Of a stretch of DNA of 64,000 nucleotides, positions 18,292 through 27,417 are shown piece by piece. Positions within the stretch are counted from its first letter, which is position 1, and every line of letters starts with the position of its first letter. Location of the stretch: NCBI GenBank assembly GCA_963741095.1, contig CAVUGN010000001.1:1-64000 (forward strand). Direction: 5' to 3'. Below the pieces are notes generated by a model, which worked only from the letters and a program-made list of their open reading frames with translations, searched no databases and was not told where the DNA came from. Source of the stretch: an uncultured Candidatus Micrarchaeota archaeon (GTDB taxonomy: Archaea; Micrarchaeota; Micrarchaeia; Micrarchaeales; Micrarchaeaceae). The position numbers and the translations under genes were made by a program.

Positions 18292-18714
18292 CATGCCGTA
18301 ACCCTGTATCGCGCCTTTGGATGCGCTTGGCATCACGTTTGCGCCAGCATACAGAGCGCCTCCCAATATCACCAGAACGATGGCCAGAAGGAATATTATG
18401 TTGTGCACGTTAGTGTAGACCCCGCACAGCGGATACATGACCGCATTAGCCGGAGTTACGCACTGCTGACTGCCTGTTGGGCAGCCGATCGAAGAGTATG
18501 CATTGCAACCTGGTACGGCGGTTGCGCACGTAAGAGGGATTGGTCCGCAGTCCAAGCTCGAGACAAGAGTTGAGTATTTGGCAGTGCAGTCTCCAGCCGC
18601 ACCCAGAGCAAAGCTCGAGAACACTCCCAAAGTCAGGAGCAGCAACACGAACAGCCGCGAATACTTTCCTACGCTGTTGTACCCGCTCATGAACCCATAT
18701 TTCATATTTCTCAT
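18178..18714 (-). CDS. Putative VirB2/CedA1-like pilin with Cys-rich N-terminal domain (copy 1)
   Basis: Paralog of 17514..18062 with 8 Cys. C-terminal hairpin is nearly identical and the head is divergent. Confidence 0.65.
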   Translation of the reverse strand: MRNMKYGFMSGYNSVGKYSRLFVLLLLTLGVFSSFALGAAGDCTAKYSTLVSSLDCGPIPLTCATAVPGCNAYSSIGCPTGSQQCVTPANAVMYPLCGVYTNVHNIIFLLAIVLVILGGALYAGANVMPSASKGAIQGYGMGFILGGVVGVIISILAPYIIGLVSGQSATSILSVCNS

Positions 18715-18773
18715 TGTTTACACCATTGCAAATGCGATTAACTATGGAAACACATAATATAAATACTTATTGC
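18715..18773 (-). promoter_or_regulatory. Putative promoter and RBS of pilin copy 1
   Basis: Minus strand GCAATAAGTATTTATATT ... ATGGTGTAAACA-ATG. A similar GCAATGTATTAATAT ... ATGGTGCAATA-ATG precedes copy 2. Confidence 0.5.
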
Positions 18774-18885
18774 AACCGGCTTCGGATGCGGCAGGAAGGC
18801 GGAATTCCGGTACAAACGTCTTTTATACCTTCTTTACACCTATTAATCTGATTCGCTGCAAAGGCAGGAATCGCCAGGGGATATT

Positions 18886-20598
18886 GTGAAAGTGCTTCAA
18901 TTCGATGTTGACAACATAACCTACGAACTCGTAAAGCCGGAGGCGAAGGTGTATGAAGAGAGCGCGGACAAGCGCGTCTCGGTGGACGATGCGGTGGCGA
19001 TGTTCATCAGCGTCGAGAAGGGCGATGACAAGACAGTTGCAGATGCAGCAGTCGCTGATGTCAAGAAGTACATGACGCAGTTGAAGAGGAAGAAACTCGT
19101 GATGTACCCGTTCGCGCACCTGAGCAGCAATCTTTCCGGCCCGAAGGAGGCGATGGAGCTGATAGCTTACATGAGCGAGTCGGCAGCCAAGGAGCTTGAG
19201 GTGAGGAAGGCTCCGTTCGGCTGGAACAAGAAGTTCACGATAGCGGTCAAGGGCCATCCGATGGCCGAGCAGTCAAGGAGCTACGGAAACGTAAAAGAGG
19301 CCGGCAAGGTCGAAAAGCACGTTGCAGCGCTAAGCGCGGAAGTCAATACATCGATAGTGAAGAAGAGCGACTGGTCCGGATTGCCAGAAGGGGATCATAG
19401 GACCATTGGAGAGAAACTCGACCTTTACAGCTTCCAGGAGGTTTCACCAGCCATGGTCTATTGGCACGGCAATGGCTACATAATATACAAGGAGCTTATC
19501 AAGTTCATGAGAGAAAAGGAGGAGGAGTATGGATACACCGAGATCAGCACTCCGGCAATCGCTAATACGGCCCTGTGGCAGGTCAGCGGCCACAACCAGC
19601 ACTACTCGGATGACATGTTCGTCTTCGATGCGAGCTTCGGCAGAGTCGGATTGAAGCCGATGAACTGCCCCTCTGCTATACTGATATACAAATCCAGGAG
19701 ATGGAGCTACAAGGAACTCCCGTTCAGAACGGCAACGTTTGATAAACTGTACCGGAGTGAACTAAGCGGAGCCGTGACCGGCCTCTTCAGGGTGAAAGAG
19801 CTTACCCAGGACGACGGACACATATTCCTCAGGGAGGACCAGGTAGGAGAAGAGATAACACGAATGCTGAAGTTGATAAAGGAGGTGTACGCGGTCTTTG
19901 GCATGGAGTTCAAGGCAAAGCTTTCCACGATGCCGGATGACCATGCAGGAGATGTGAAGACCTGGGAGATAGCGACGAACCAGCTAAAGGCAGCGCTGGA
20001 GAAGAACAAAATGAAGTACGAGATAAAGGACAAGGAAGGCTCATTCTATGCACCCAAGATAGACTTTGACGTTTATGATTCCGTTGGAAGGGCTTGGCAG
20101 TGCGCGACGATACAGGCGGACTACCAGATGCCCATGAAATTCAAAATAGAGTATGCCGACGAGAATGGAAAGCAGGCGACGCCGGTGTTATTGCACCGTG
20201 CGGTCCTGGGCTCTTTGGAGAGGTTCATCGGAGTGCTGGTAGAGCATTATCAGGGCAGGTTCCCGTTGTGGCTTGCACCGGAGCAGGTCAAGGTCATATC
20301 TATATCGGAGCAGACGAACGCATACGCAGAGAAGATCAGCAACGAGCTGGTGAAGAACAAGGTGAGGGCTTCTCTCGACATATCGGACAAGACTCTCGAG
20401 TATAAGGTCAGGGAAGCACAGCTGCAGAAGGTGCCGCTGATGCTGATACTCGGCAAGAAGGAGGAGGAATCGAACACGCTCACGATAAGGGAGCTCAGCG
20501 GGAAGCAGAAGCACGCGGTCAAAGCCGAGGAGTTCATCAAGGCTGTGAGAAAGAGGATAGACGAGCGGTCCGGCTCGCTCGAGAATTTCGTGGCCTGA
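18886..20598 (+). CDS. thrS: Threonyl-tRNA synthetase (archaeal-type editing domain plus bacterial-type catalytic core)
   Basis: N-terminal YPFAHLSSNL, APFGWNK, KGHPMAEQSR. Core DHRTIG, KPMNCP, GLFRVKELTQDDGHIF, WQCATIQAD, HRAVLGSLERF. Confidence 0.96.
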   Translation: MKVLQFDVDNITYELVKPEAKVYEESADKRVSVDDAVAMFISVEKGDDKTVADAAVADVKKYMTQLKRKKLVMYPFAHLSSNLSGPKEAMELIAYMSESAAKELEVRKAPFGWNKKFTIAVKGHPMAEQSRSYGNVKEAGKVEKHVAALSAEVNTSIVKKSDWSGLPEGDHRTIGEKLDLYSFQEVSPAMVYWHGNGYIIYKELIKFMREKEEEYGYTEISTPAIANTALWQVSGHNQHYSDDMFVFDASFGRVGLKPMNCPSAILIYKSRRWSYKELPFRTATFDKLYRSELSGAVTGLFRVKELTQDDGHIFLREDQVGEEITRMLKLIKEVYAVFGMEFKAKLSTMPDDHAGDVKTWEIATNQLKAALEKNKMKYEIKDKEGSFYAPKIDFDVYDSVGRAWQCATIQADYQMPMKFKIEYADENGKQATPVLLHRAVLGSLERFIGVLVEHYQGRFPLWLAPEQVKVISISEQTNAYAEKISNELVKNKVRASLDISDKTLEYKVREAQLQKVPLMLILGKKEEESNTLTIRELSGKQKHAVKAEEFIKAVRKRIDERSGSLENFVA

Positions 20599-20658
20599 TG
20601 CGGAATAGTATTTATACCTATTTCGCACATTATTCCTGGCAGCTCATTTTGTGGTAGC

Positions 20659-22365
20659 ATGCATGTATTGGGGGTATGGGACGGGCATGACGCAGGCGCA
20701 GCGCTTCTCGAAGACAACAGGATAATCTACGCGGCGAACGAGGAGCGGTTCACCAAGCGGAAGCTCGAAATCAATTTCCCGACAAATGCGATAAACGCGG
20801 CGCTGAGGCACGCGAGGATAAGGCACAGCGACGTCACGGAGATAGCCTTCACGACGACGGAATTCACCAAGACGCTCGAAAGGATCTTCCCGCAGATGAA
20901 GGAGAGCTATTACAAGTTCAGGAGAAGGAAGATGCTCAAGCCGAGCTTCGAGAACTTCAGGCACAACCTCAAGTACACGGTGACCTCGATAGGCGTGCTG
21001 CCGCTCTGCAACAGCACCAGCAGCTACATCGTCTCGAGGAAACTGAGGAGCATGGGCTTCAAGAACTTCAGGCTGCACGTGGTCGACCACCACACGGCTC
21101 ATGCGGCGACAGCTGCATTCACTGCGCCGTTCAGGAAATCAACGATAATAACGCTTGACGGTCTTGGCGACGGCCTGTCCGGTTCCGTGAGCACCCTAGA
21201 GAACGGCAAGCTGAAGAGGCACAGCGCGATAGCGGCGAAGGATTCTCTCGGCATGTTCTACGAGCAGGTCACCAACATACTCGGCATGCGCGAGCTCGAG
21301 GACGAGGGGAAGATAATGGCCATGGCCGATTATTCCTATCCCTTCCCGATGGAGAGCAACGAGCTCAGGGATTTCTTCTCGGTTGTCGGCACCACGATAA
21401 GGGCGAAGTACAATCCAAGGCAGCAGTTCGACATGCTGCAGAGGATAGCGTGGCACATACCGAGGGAGCAGTTCGCCTACATGGCGCAGCAGGTAACGGA
21501 GCACGTGACAACAAAATTCACAAAGAATGTCGTTGAGAAGTACGGGATAGGGGACGTCGCATTCGCAGGAGGGCTTTTCGCGAACGTGAAGGCGAACATG
21601 CAGATGAGGAACGTCGACGAGGTGAAGCACTGGCACGTCTTCCCGCACATGGGCGACGGCGGCATCGCATTGGGTTCGGCTATGTACACGAACTACCTGC
21701 TCAACGGCATTTCCGAATACAAGTTCGACGCCTACACCGGCAGCGATTACACCGAGGCCGAGACGGAGGCGGTGCTGAAGAAGGACAGCTCGTTCATCTA
21801 CCAGCATGAGCTGATCCATGATCAGGCCTCTCACGCGGCCGAACTGCTGCACGACGGCAACTATCTGCTCTGGTTCCACGGCCGCATGGAGTACGGGCCG
21901 AGGGCGCTGGGCAACAGGAGCATACTCGCGCCTAGCGGCTCTGAGGAGGTCAAAGAAAGGCTGAATCTCTACGTCAAGAAGAGGGAGTGGTTCCAGCCCT
22001 TCGCGCCTTCGATGCTTGAAGAGGAGGCGGAGCGCATACTCGAATACGACAAGAAAGGACCGGACAAGTTCATGACGAACACTTATTTTGTGAAGAAGGA
22101 ATTGAGGAACAGCTTCAAGCCGATCACGCACATCGACGGCTCGGCGAGGCCGCAGATGGTCGGAGAGGAGAACAAGCCGTACCAGGATCTGCTCAGGCAC
22201 GTCAAGAGGAACGACGGCTACGGCATCGTACTCAACACGAGCTTCAACATACACGGCATGCCGATAGTCATGAGCCCAGAGGACGCGCTGGAGACGATGA
22301 GGGTTACGAAGGCGAAGTACATGTTCCTCAACGACTACTTCGTAATCAACAAGAACGGCGTGTGA
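20659..22365 (+). CDS. Carbamoyltransferase, NodU/CmcH family
   Basis: GHDAGAAL, NEERFTKRK, HHTAHAA, DGLGDG, EGKIMAMA, GDGGIALG, GRMEYGPRALGNRSIL, HIDGSARPQ and LNTSFNIHG. Confidence 0.92.
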   Translation: MHVLGVWDGHDAGAALLEDNRIIYAANEERFTKRKLEINFPTNAINAALRHARIRHSDVTEIAFTTTEFTKTLERIFPQMKESYYKFRRRKMLKPSFENFRHNLKYTVTSIGVLPLCNSTSSYIVSRKLRSMGFKNFRLHVVDHHTAHAATAAFTAPFRKSTIITLDGLGDGLSGSVSTLENGKLKRHSAIAAKDSLGMFYEQVTNILGMRELEDEGKIMAMADYSYPFPMESNELRDFFSVVGTTIRAKYNPRQQFDMLQRIAWHIPREQFAYMAQQVTEHVTTKFTKNVVEKYGIGDVAFAGGLFANVKANMQMRNVDEVKHWHVFPHMGDGGIALGSAMYTNYLLNGISEYKFDAYTGSDYTEAETEAVLKKDSSFIYQHELIHDQASHAAELLHDGNYLLWFHGRMEYGPRALGNRSILAPSGSEEVKERLNLYVKKREWFQPFAPSMLEEEAERILEYDKKGPDKFMTNTYFVKKELRNSFKPITHIDGSARPQMVGEENKPYQDLLRHVKRNDGYGIVLNTSFNIHGMPIVMSPEDALETMRVTKAKYMFLNDYFVINKNGV

Positions 22366-22387
22366 ACCGAAATCTCAAAAAGCGGCT

Positions 22388-23059
22388 TTAGAGATTCGAG
22401 AATATGGTCCTGAGTATCACGAGACCGTCGCTGAAGCTGCGCAGCTTCGCCTGCTCTTTTGACCGCTGCTTCTCGAAACTGGGCACTTCCAGGATCTTGA
22501 GGTGTTTCTTCTGGGCCTTTATGTTTATCTCAGTCTCTATGCCGAAGCCGTCCTCCTTCAGATCCAGCTTCTTCAGGATGCCGCGGCTGAAGCTTCGGTA
22601 TCCGTAGCACATGTCAGTGTAGTGCGATCGGTAGAGGAGGTTGACGATCCATACGAACATCTTGTTGCCGAACTTCCTCAGCAGGGGCATGTCGTCGGAC
22701 CCTCCGCCCGTCAGGAACCTCGAACCCGTGCAGATGTCATAGCCCGCCTCTATACCGGCTATCAGCAGCTTAAGCTCGTTGGGGCGGTTGGAGAGATCCG
22801 CATCCATCGAGATGATGATGTCGCCCTGCGCCGCGGCGATGCCCTTCCTTAGCGCGTAGCCCTTGCCGACGTGCTCTTGGAGGACTCTTGCGCCCATCCT
22901 CTCCGCCATGATAACGGTGTCGTCAGTGGAATTGCCGTCGACGATTATGAGCTCGTAGCGATAATCTCTCAGGATCTTTTTTATGCCGCTTATCAGGGTA
23001 TTTATGTTCCCCTGCTCGTTCAGCGTCGGTATTACGATGCTGACGTACGGCCTGCTCAT
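22388..23059 (-). CDS. GT2 glycosyltransferase (dolichol-P-sugar synthase-like)
   Basis: SIVIPTLNE, IIVDGNSTDDT, GKGYAL, MDADLSN, GSRF and FGIETEI. Confidence 0.9.
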   Translation of the reverse strand: MSRPYVSIVIPTLNEQGNINTLISGIKKILRDYRYELIIVDGNSTDDTVIMAERMGARVLQEHVGKGYALRKGIAAAQGDIIISMDADLSNRPNELKLLIAGIEAGYDICTGSRFLTGGGSDDMPLLRKFGNKMFVWIVNLLYRSHYTDMCYGYRSFSRGILKKLDLKEDGFGIETEINIKAQKKHLKILEVPSFEKQRSKEQAKLRSFSDGLVILRTIFSNL

Positions 23060-23934
23060 TGCACCACTTGTGTGGTATCTGGATTCGGGATTGTTGCTCC
23101 GACTGGCGGAGCCTCGACCGGCTGCGGCTTCTGCGGAGCCGGCTTTTTCTTGATGAAGGAGAGCAGTATCAGCGCTATCAGGATTATTATGATCAGGATG
23201 ATGCCCATGTTCACCAGCGATATTCCTCCTGAGGAGCCGGGCGCAGCGGCAAAGCTTACCACATAGAACATCAATGATCCGTAGTGCACGCTCGAATTGG
23301 AGTAGGACACTGAAGCCACGATCGGGAACGATGCGTCGTTGTAGTTTGGCACGGAGAGGTTGAACACTGCCCGTGACTGTCCGTTCGGATCCAGATGGAT
23401 TGCGGTGCTGTTCGGGATTATCTTGAACGTGGCCGGCACTTCTACCGAGAGGTTGGCGTCTATCGGGAAGTCGGCGATGTTGACAACGCTAACGCTCAGC
23501 TTTGAGCCGGTGCGATTAACGTTTGATATCTGCAGAAGGCTCTGGGCCCTCACCCGCATGTACACCAGGCATGGGAACACGGTGGAGAAGGTGGATGAAC
23601 CCTGAGAGTAGCTCGCCTTTATGTACTCGACATAGCTGCCCGCTTCGGTGAAGTTGTACATGTAGAATCTGAATGAGTAGTTGCTCCCCGGACCGACTAG
23701 AGGCAAGGTCTCCACGGTGTTGTACGTCTTGGCGCCCTCCAACTGTGGCACCAGGAAGAGGTTGGTAGCAGTGCCGTTGCCAGAATTTGAGAGGTTGAAC
23801 TGCAGGTAGTTGTTTGTCTGGTTTATTATCGATGTCGGGCACGAGCCTGTCAGGGTGACAGTCGTCGTCGCAGCCGAGAGCTGCATCAGCGAAAGCATCA
23901 ACAGGACGGGCAAAATCGCGTATCTGGCGTGCAT
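23056..23934 (-). CDS. Secreted protein with probable Ig-like beta domains and C-terminal membrane anchor
   Basis: Signal peptide, many N-x-S/T sequons, C-terminal TM followed by KKK. Confidence 0.7.
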   Translation of the reverse strand: MHARYAILPVLLMLSLMQLSAATTTVTLTGSCPTSIINQTNNYLQFNLSNSGNGTATNLFLVPQLEGAKTYNTVETLPLVGPGSNYSFRFYMYNFTEAGSYVEYIKASYSQGSSTFSTVFPCLVYMRVRAQSLLQISNVNRTGSKLSVSVVNIADFPIDANLSVEVPATFKIIPNSTAIHLDPNGQSRAVFNLSVPNYNDASFPIVASVSYSNSSVHYGSLMFYVVSFAAAPGSSGGISLVNMGIILIIIILIALILLSFIKKKPAPQKPQPVEAPPVGATIPNPDTTQVVQ

Positions 23935-23998
23935 GAATTCACAAGGAAGGTTCTTCCAGATTTATTGTGGCGTGGGTGGCTTTAATCGTTTCGGTGCT

Positions 23999-24087
23999 TG
24001 GTGCAGGGAGAGAGATTTGAACTCTCGAACCCGCTAGGGGAACGGACCCTAAATCCGCCGCATTTGACCAGGCTTTGCTATCCCTGC
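23999..24087 (-). tRNA. tRNA-Leu(TAG), CCA encoded
   Basis: GCAGGGA/TCCCTGC acceptor stem plus ACCA; anticodon arm GCGGA-TTTAGGG-TCCGT; long variable arm; T arm GAGAG-TTCAAAT-CTCTC. Confidence 0.93.
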
Positions 24088-24152
24088 TTCATTATGTTCT
24101 AGCACAACTCATTTTTATGCTTTTATGCACAATTATTATCGCAAATGGTAGC

Positions 24153-25454
24153 ATGTTGACGACAAAATACGTTAGGGATAACGTAGATGCGATAAGGAAG
24201 TCTCTTGAAAAGCGCAAGAGCAGCTATCCTCTGGACAAACTACTAGAGCTCGACAAGGAGTGGAGGACGGCGAAGGCCGAGCTCCAGACCCTGCAGGAGA
24301 AGAGGAACAAGGCTAGCCTCGGCATATCAGAAGCTAAGAAGAAGGGAGCGGACATAACCAGCATGGTCGAGGCGCTAGGAGACGTCAAGAAGGGCATAGA
24401 GACGAGGGAGAAGACGCTGCCCGTTATGCAGGAGGAGATCGACAAGCTACTGTGGAACATGCCGAACGTGCTCCATGAAACCGTGCCTTACGGCGAGAGC
24501 TCCGAGCAGAACGCCACGACAAGGAAATGGGGCGAGATAACGAAGAAGAGCTCGAGGGGGCACGAGGAGATACTCGGCAAGCTGGACATGCTCGACATAG
24601 AGAGGGCGGCGAAGGTCGCCGGAGCACGGTTCTATTATCTCAAGGGGGACATGGTCCTGCTGGAGCTGTCGCTGATAAGGTTCACACTTGACATGCTGGC
24701 CAAGAAGGGCTACACGGTGGTGTCGCCGCCTTACATGGTGAAGAAGAAGTATTACAGGGGCGTGACGGCGCTCGGTGATTTCGAGGACGCGCTGTACAGG
24801 ATAGGCGACCCCAAAGAGGTAGAGGCGAAGAAGGATTATGAGCGGATGGACGAGGAGCTGTTCCTGATATCGACATCGGAGCATCCGATGGCCGCGATGC
24901 ATGCGGAAGAGACTTTCTCGGGAAGCCAGCTGCCGCTCAGGTATGCCGGTGCAAGCATGTGCTTCAGGAGAGAGGCTGGTGCGCACGGCAAGGACACTAA
25001 GGGAATGTTCAGGGTGCACCAATTCTACAAGGTGGAGCAGTTCATATTCTCGAGGCAGGACGATTCGTGGCAGTACTTCGACGAGCTGCTGAAGAATGCG
25101 GAGGAAGTGCTGCAGAAGCTCAAGATACCATACCGCATCGTCGAGATATGCACCGGGGACATAGGCACCGTTGCGGCGAGGAAGAACGACATAGAGGCAT
25201 GGATGCCGAGCCAGGGCGACTACCGCGAGGTGGTATCGTGCTCCAACTGCACCGACTGGCAGGGGATACGGCTGGACATAAAATACGACGAGAAGGGCGA
25301 GCGCAAATACGTCCACACGCTGAACAGCACAGCGGTCGCCACGACCAGGACGCTGGTCGCGATAATTGAGAACTATTCGAATGACGACGGCACCATAACA
25401 GTGCCGGATGTGCTTGTCCCGTACATGGGCAAGAAGGTAATCGGAAAGCCATAG
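24153..25454 (+). CDS. serS: Seryl-tRNA synthetase
   Basis: N-terminal coiled coil, LISTSEHP, CFRREAGAHGKDTKGMFRVHQF, EVVSCSNCTDWQ, HTLNST. Likely ATG at 24153. Confidence 0.96.
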   Translation: MLTTKYVRDNVDAIRKSLEKRKSSYPLDKLLELDKEWRTAKAELQTLQEKRNKASLGISEAKKKGADITSMVEALGDVKKGIETREKTLPVMQEEIDKLLWNMPNVLHETVPYGESSEQNATTRKWGEITKKSSRGHEEILGKLDMLDIERAAKVAGARFYYLKGDMVLLELSLIRFTLDMLAKKGYTVVSPPYMVKKKYYRGVTALGDFEDALYRIGDPKEVEAKKDYERMDEELFLISTSEHPMAAMHAEETFSGSQLPLRYAGASMCFRREAGAHGKDTKGMFRVHQFYKVEQFIFSRQDDSWQYFDELLKNAEEVLQKLKIPYRIVEICTGDIGTVAARKNDIEAWMPSQGDYREVVSCSNCTDWQGIRLDIKYDEKGERKYVHTLNSTAVATTRTLVAIIENYSNDDGTITVPDVLVPYMGKKVIGKP

Positions 25455-25467
25455 CTTTCTCTGCGGA

Positions 25468-26673
25468 TTGATGACGATGAAAAAAGAGTACAATATAAAA
25501 AAGGAGCTCAAGAGGCTCAACTCGGTCAAGGGCCAGGGCACTGAGCTGATAAGCATTTATGTGCCCCATGATTTCTCGATAACCGACGAGATAGGCAAGC
25601 TGAAGGAGGAGCACGGCCAGGCGGGCAACATAAAGTCAAAGTCAACAAGGCTCAACGTCCAGGGAGCGATAGACAGGATCATACAGTACCTCCGGTTGTA
25701 CAAAGAGCCCCCGAAGAACGGCTTCGCGGTCTTCGCAGGCAACATTTCGAGCATACAGGCCAAGCCGGACATAGAATTGTTCTCGATAGAGCCGCCGCAG
25801 CCGATAAAGTCGAACATGTACAGGTGCGATTCCTCTTTCCTTTTGGAGCCGCTCGAGGCGATGATGGAGGCGAAGGACGCCTATGCGCTCGTGGTCATGG
25901 ACGGCAGGGAAGCCACGATCGCCATGCTGAAGGGAACGAACATCGTAGTCGACAAGAAGATAAAGTCGCTGGCGCACGCGAAGATGAGCAAGGGAGGCCA
26001 GAGCTCCGCAAGGTTCGGCAGGATCATCGAGGAGAGCATCGAGAACTATTACCAGAACGTCGGAGTCGGGATAAACGAGATGTGCGCGAAGTACCAGTTC
26101 AAGATCAACGGATTGATAGTCGGAGGGCCGGGTCCGGCGAAGGACAATTTCATCAGGTCGAAAAATCTCAATTATCAGATCAAGGTGCTCGGCACATTCG
26201 ACATAGGCTACACCGACGAATCCGGACTGGACGAACTGATGGAGAAGGCGAAGAACCTTCTCTCGGAGCAGGCATCGGTGAAGGAGAACGCGACGATGGA
26301 GAAGCTGCTCAACGAGGTATCGAGGAACGGCATGGCCACCTATGGCTATGAGAACGTCAGGAACGCCCTGAAGAATGACAACGTGACGAAGTTGATAATC
26401 AGCGAGGCCCTTGAACTGGACGAGGTCACTTACAAGTGCAGCATGTGCGGACTGGAGATCACCGCGATCGAGAAGGGCAACACGAGGCAGGAGAAGCACA
26501 CCGATGGCGGAAACCTGAACATCTTGAGCCAGAAGGACCCGGTGGAGGATCTGATAGACCTCGCGGACAAGAAAGGCATAGAGGTCGTCTTCGTCTCGAC
26601 AAACAGCCACCGCGGCAACGAACTGCTCTTGGGCTTCCAGGGGATAGCGGCAATGCTGAAGTACAAAAGATAA
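25468..26673 (+). CDS. prf1: Peptide chain release factor aRF1
   Basis: GTELISIY, NIKS, YRCD, GGQS and GGPG motifs. Confidence 0.95.
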   Translation: MMTMKKEYNIKKELKRLNSVKGQGTELISIYVPHDFSITDEIGKLKEEHGQAGNIKSKSTRLNVQGAIDRIIQYLRLYKEPPKNGFAVFAGNISSIQAKPDIELFSIEPPQPIKSNMYRCDSSFLLEPLEAMMEAKDAYALVVMDGREATIAMLKGTNIVVDKKIKSLAHAKMSKGGQSSARFGRIIEESIENYYQNVGVGINEMCAKYQFKINGLIVGGPGPAKDNFIRSKNLNYQIKVLGTFDIGYTDESGLDELMEKAKNLLSEQASVKENATMEKLLNEVSRNGMATYGYENVRNALKNDNVTKLIISEALELDEVTYKCSMCGLEITAIEKGNTRQEKHTDGGNLNILSQKDPVEDLIDLADKKGIEVVFVSTNSHRGNELLLGFQGIAAMLKYKR

Positions 26674-26720
26674 GAATCCTGAAGTGGCGTGCCAATCAAA
26701 GGGAGCTTATCGAGACCGCA

Positions 26721-27098
26721 TCATTCATGCACAATTGTTACACGGCGATCTTTCAGCCTATCAAAATCCTTGTCCTGAGTCACAAAGTTTTCCCCATTTG
26801 CAAATGCTGCACTCACTATGAGTAGATCAGCCTCGCTCAGTAGTGAACCCGATGCTTTGAGGCGTTTGTGCATCTCTCCGGCAGACCATGCAGATTTCAG
26901 GTCGATATCGTAGATTTTAACATTATCAAACAATAGTTGAAGCAGTTCTTTTTGTGATCCGCCGATCCCTTTTATCAGTTCATAACAGGTTATCGAAGTA
27001 ATAGCTACGCTGCCATCGTTATGCTTTTTAAGGAGTGCACTGGCGGCTTCAGACCCGTTCAAAAAATCTATTATTATGTTTGTGTCGAAGACAACCAT
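26721..27098 (-). CDS. vapC: VapC-family PIN-domain toxin
   Basis: VFDTNIIID, SITCYEL, ADLLI and VTQDKDF; noticeably AT-richer than the flanks. Confidence 0.88.
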   Translation of the reverse strand: MVVFDTNIIIDFLNGSEAASALLKKHNDGSVAITSITCYELIKGIGGSQKELLQLLFDNVKIYDIDLKSAWSAGEMHKRLKASGSLLSEADLLIVSAAFANGENFVTQDKDFDRLKDRRVTIVHE

Positions 27099-27102
27099 GG
27101 AA

Positions 27103-27315
27103 TCACTTGGTGAACATGTTGTCCCTATCTATTTTTATTTGGTTCTTGAGTTTTTTGATATCGGCTTTGCTCATTTTCAAGGTACCGAAAAGATTGGTAA
27201 GGTCGCCCTTGTTTTCGGTGAGCTCCATTATGACTTTGGTAAAGGATTTGTTGCCATCCTTAAATTTGGCAAGCCTTGAGTATGCCTCTTCCGATATTGC
27301 AATTAGTTTTGACAT
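27103..27315 (-). CDS. vapB: Antitoxin, archaeal VapB-like
   Basis: MSKLIAISEEAYSRLAKFK..KSFTKVIMEL, directly upstream of the PIN gene. Confidence 0.8.
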   Translation of the reverse strand: MSKLIAISEEAYSRLAKFKDGNKSFTKVIMELTENKGDLTNLFGTLKMSKADIKKLKNQIKIDRDNMFTK

Positions 27316-27325
27316 GCCATTACCA

Positions 27326-27353
27326 TTTATATATTTATATATAAATATATAAA
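27326..27353. promoter_or_regulatory. 28-bp perfect AT palindrome over the vapBC promoter (likely autorepression operator)
   Basis: TTTATATATTTATATATAAATATATAAA equals its own reverse complement and lies 11-38 nt upstream of the vapB ATG. Confidence 0.7.
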
Positions 27354-27417
27354 GATTACGTTTGAGCCTACTCATGTATGATAGCTCGTCAGAACGCGCA
27401 AACGGGGGTTGTGAAGA

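Noticed and set aside
1400-18714. Integrated conjugative plasmid, ICE or provirus
   Set aside because: No integrase, relaxase, replication, capsid or att-site signal was seen, the flanks are housekeeping genes, and there is no visible compositional shift.
17514-18714. Type IV pilins or archaellins
   Set aside because: No class III signal peptide is evident. The conserved hydrophobic part is a C-terminal hairpin, and no PilB/TadC-like genes are in the window.
23810-24152. 75-aa ORF and the N-terminal extension of serS
   Set aside because: Both overlap the antisense strand of tRNA-Leu; serS more plausibly starts at ATG 24153.
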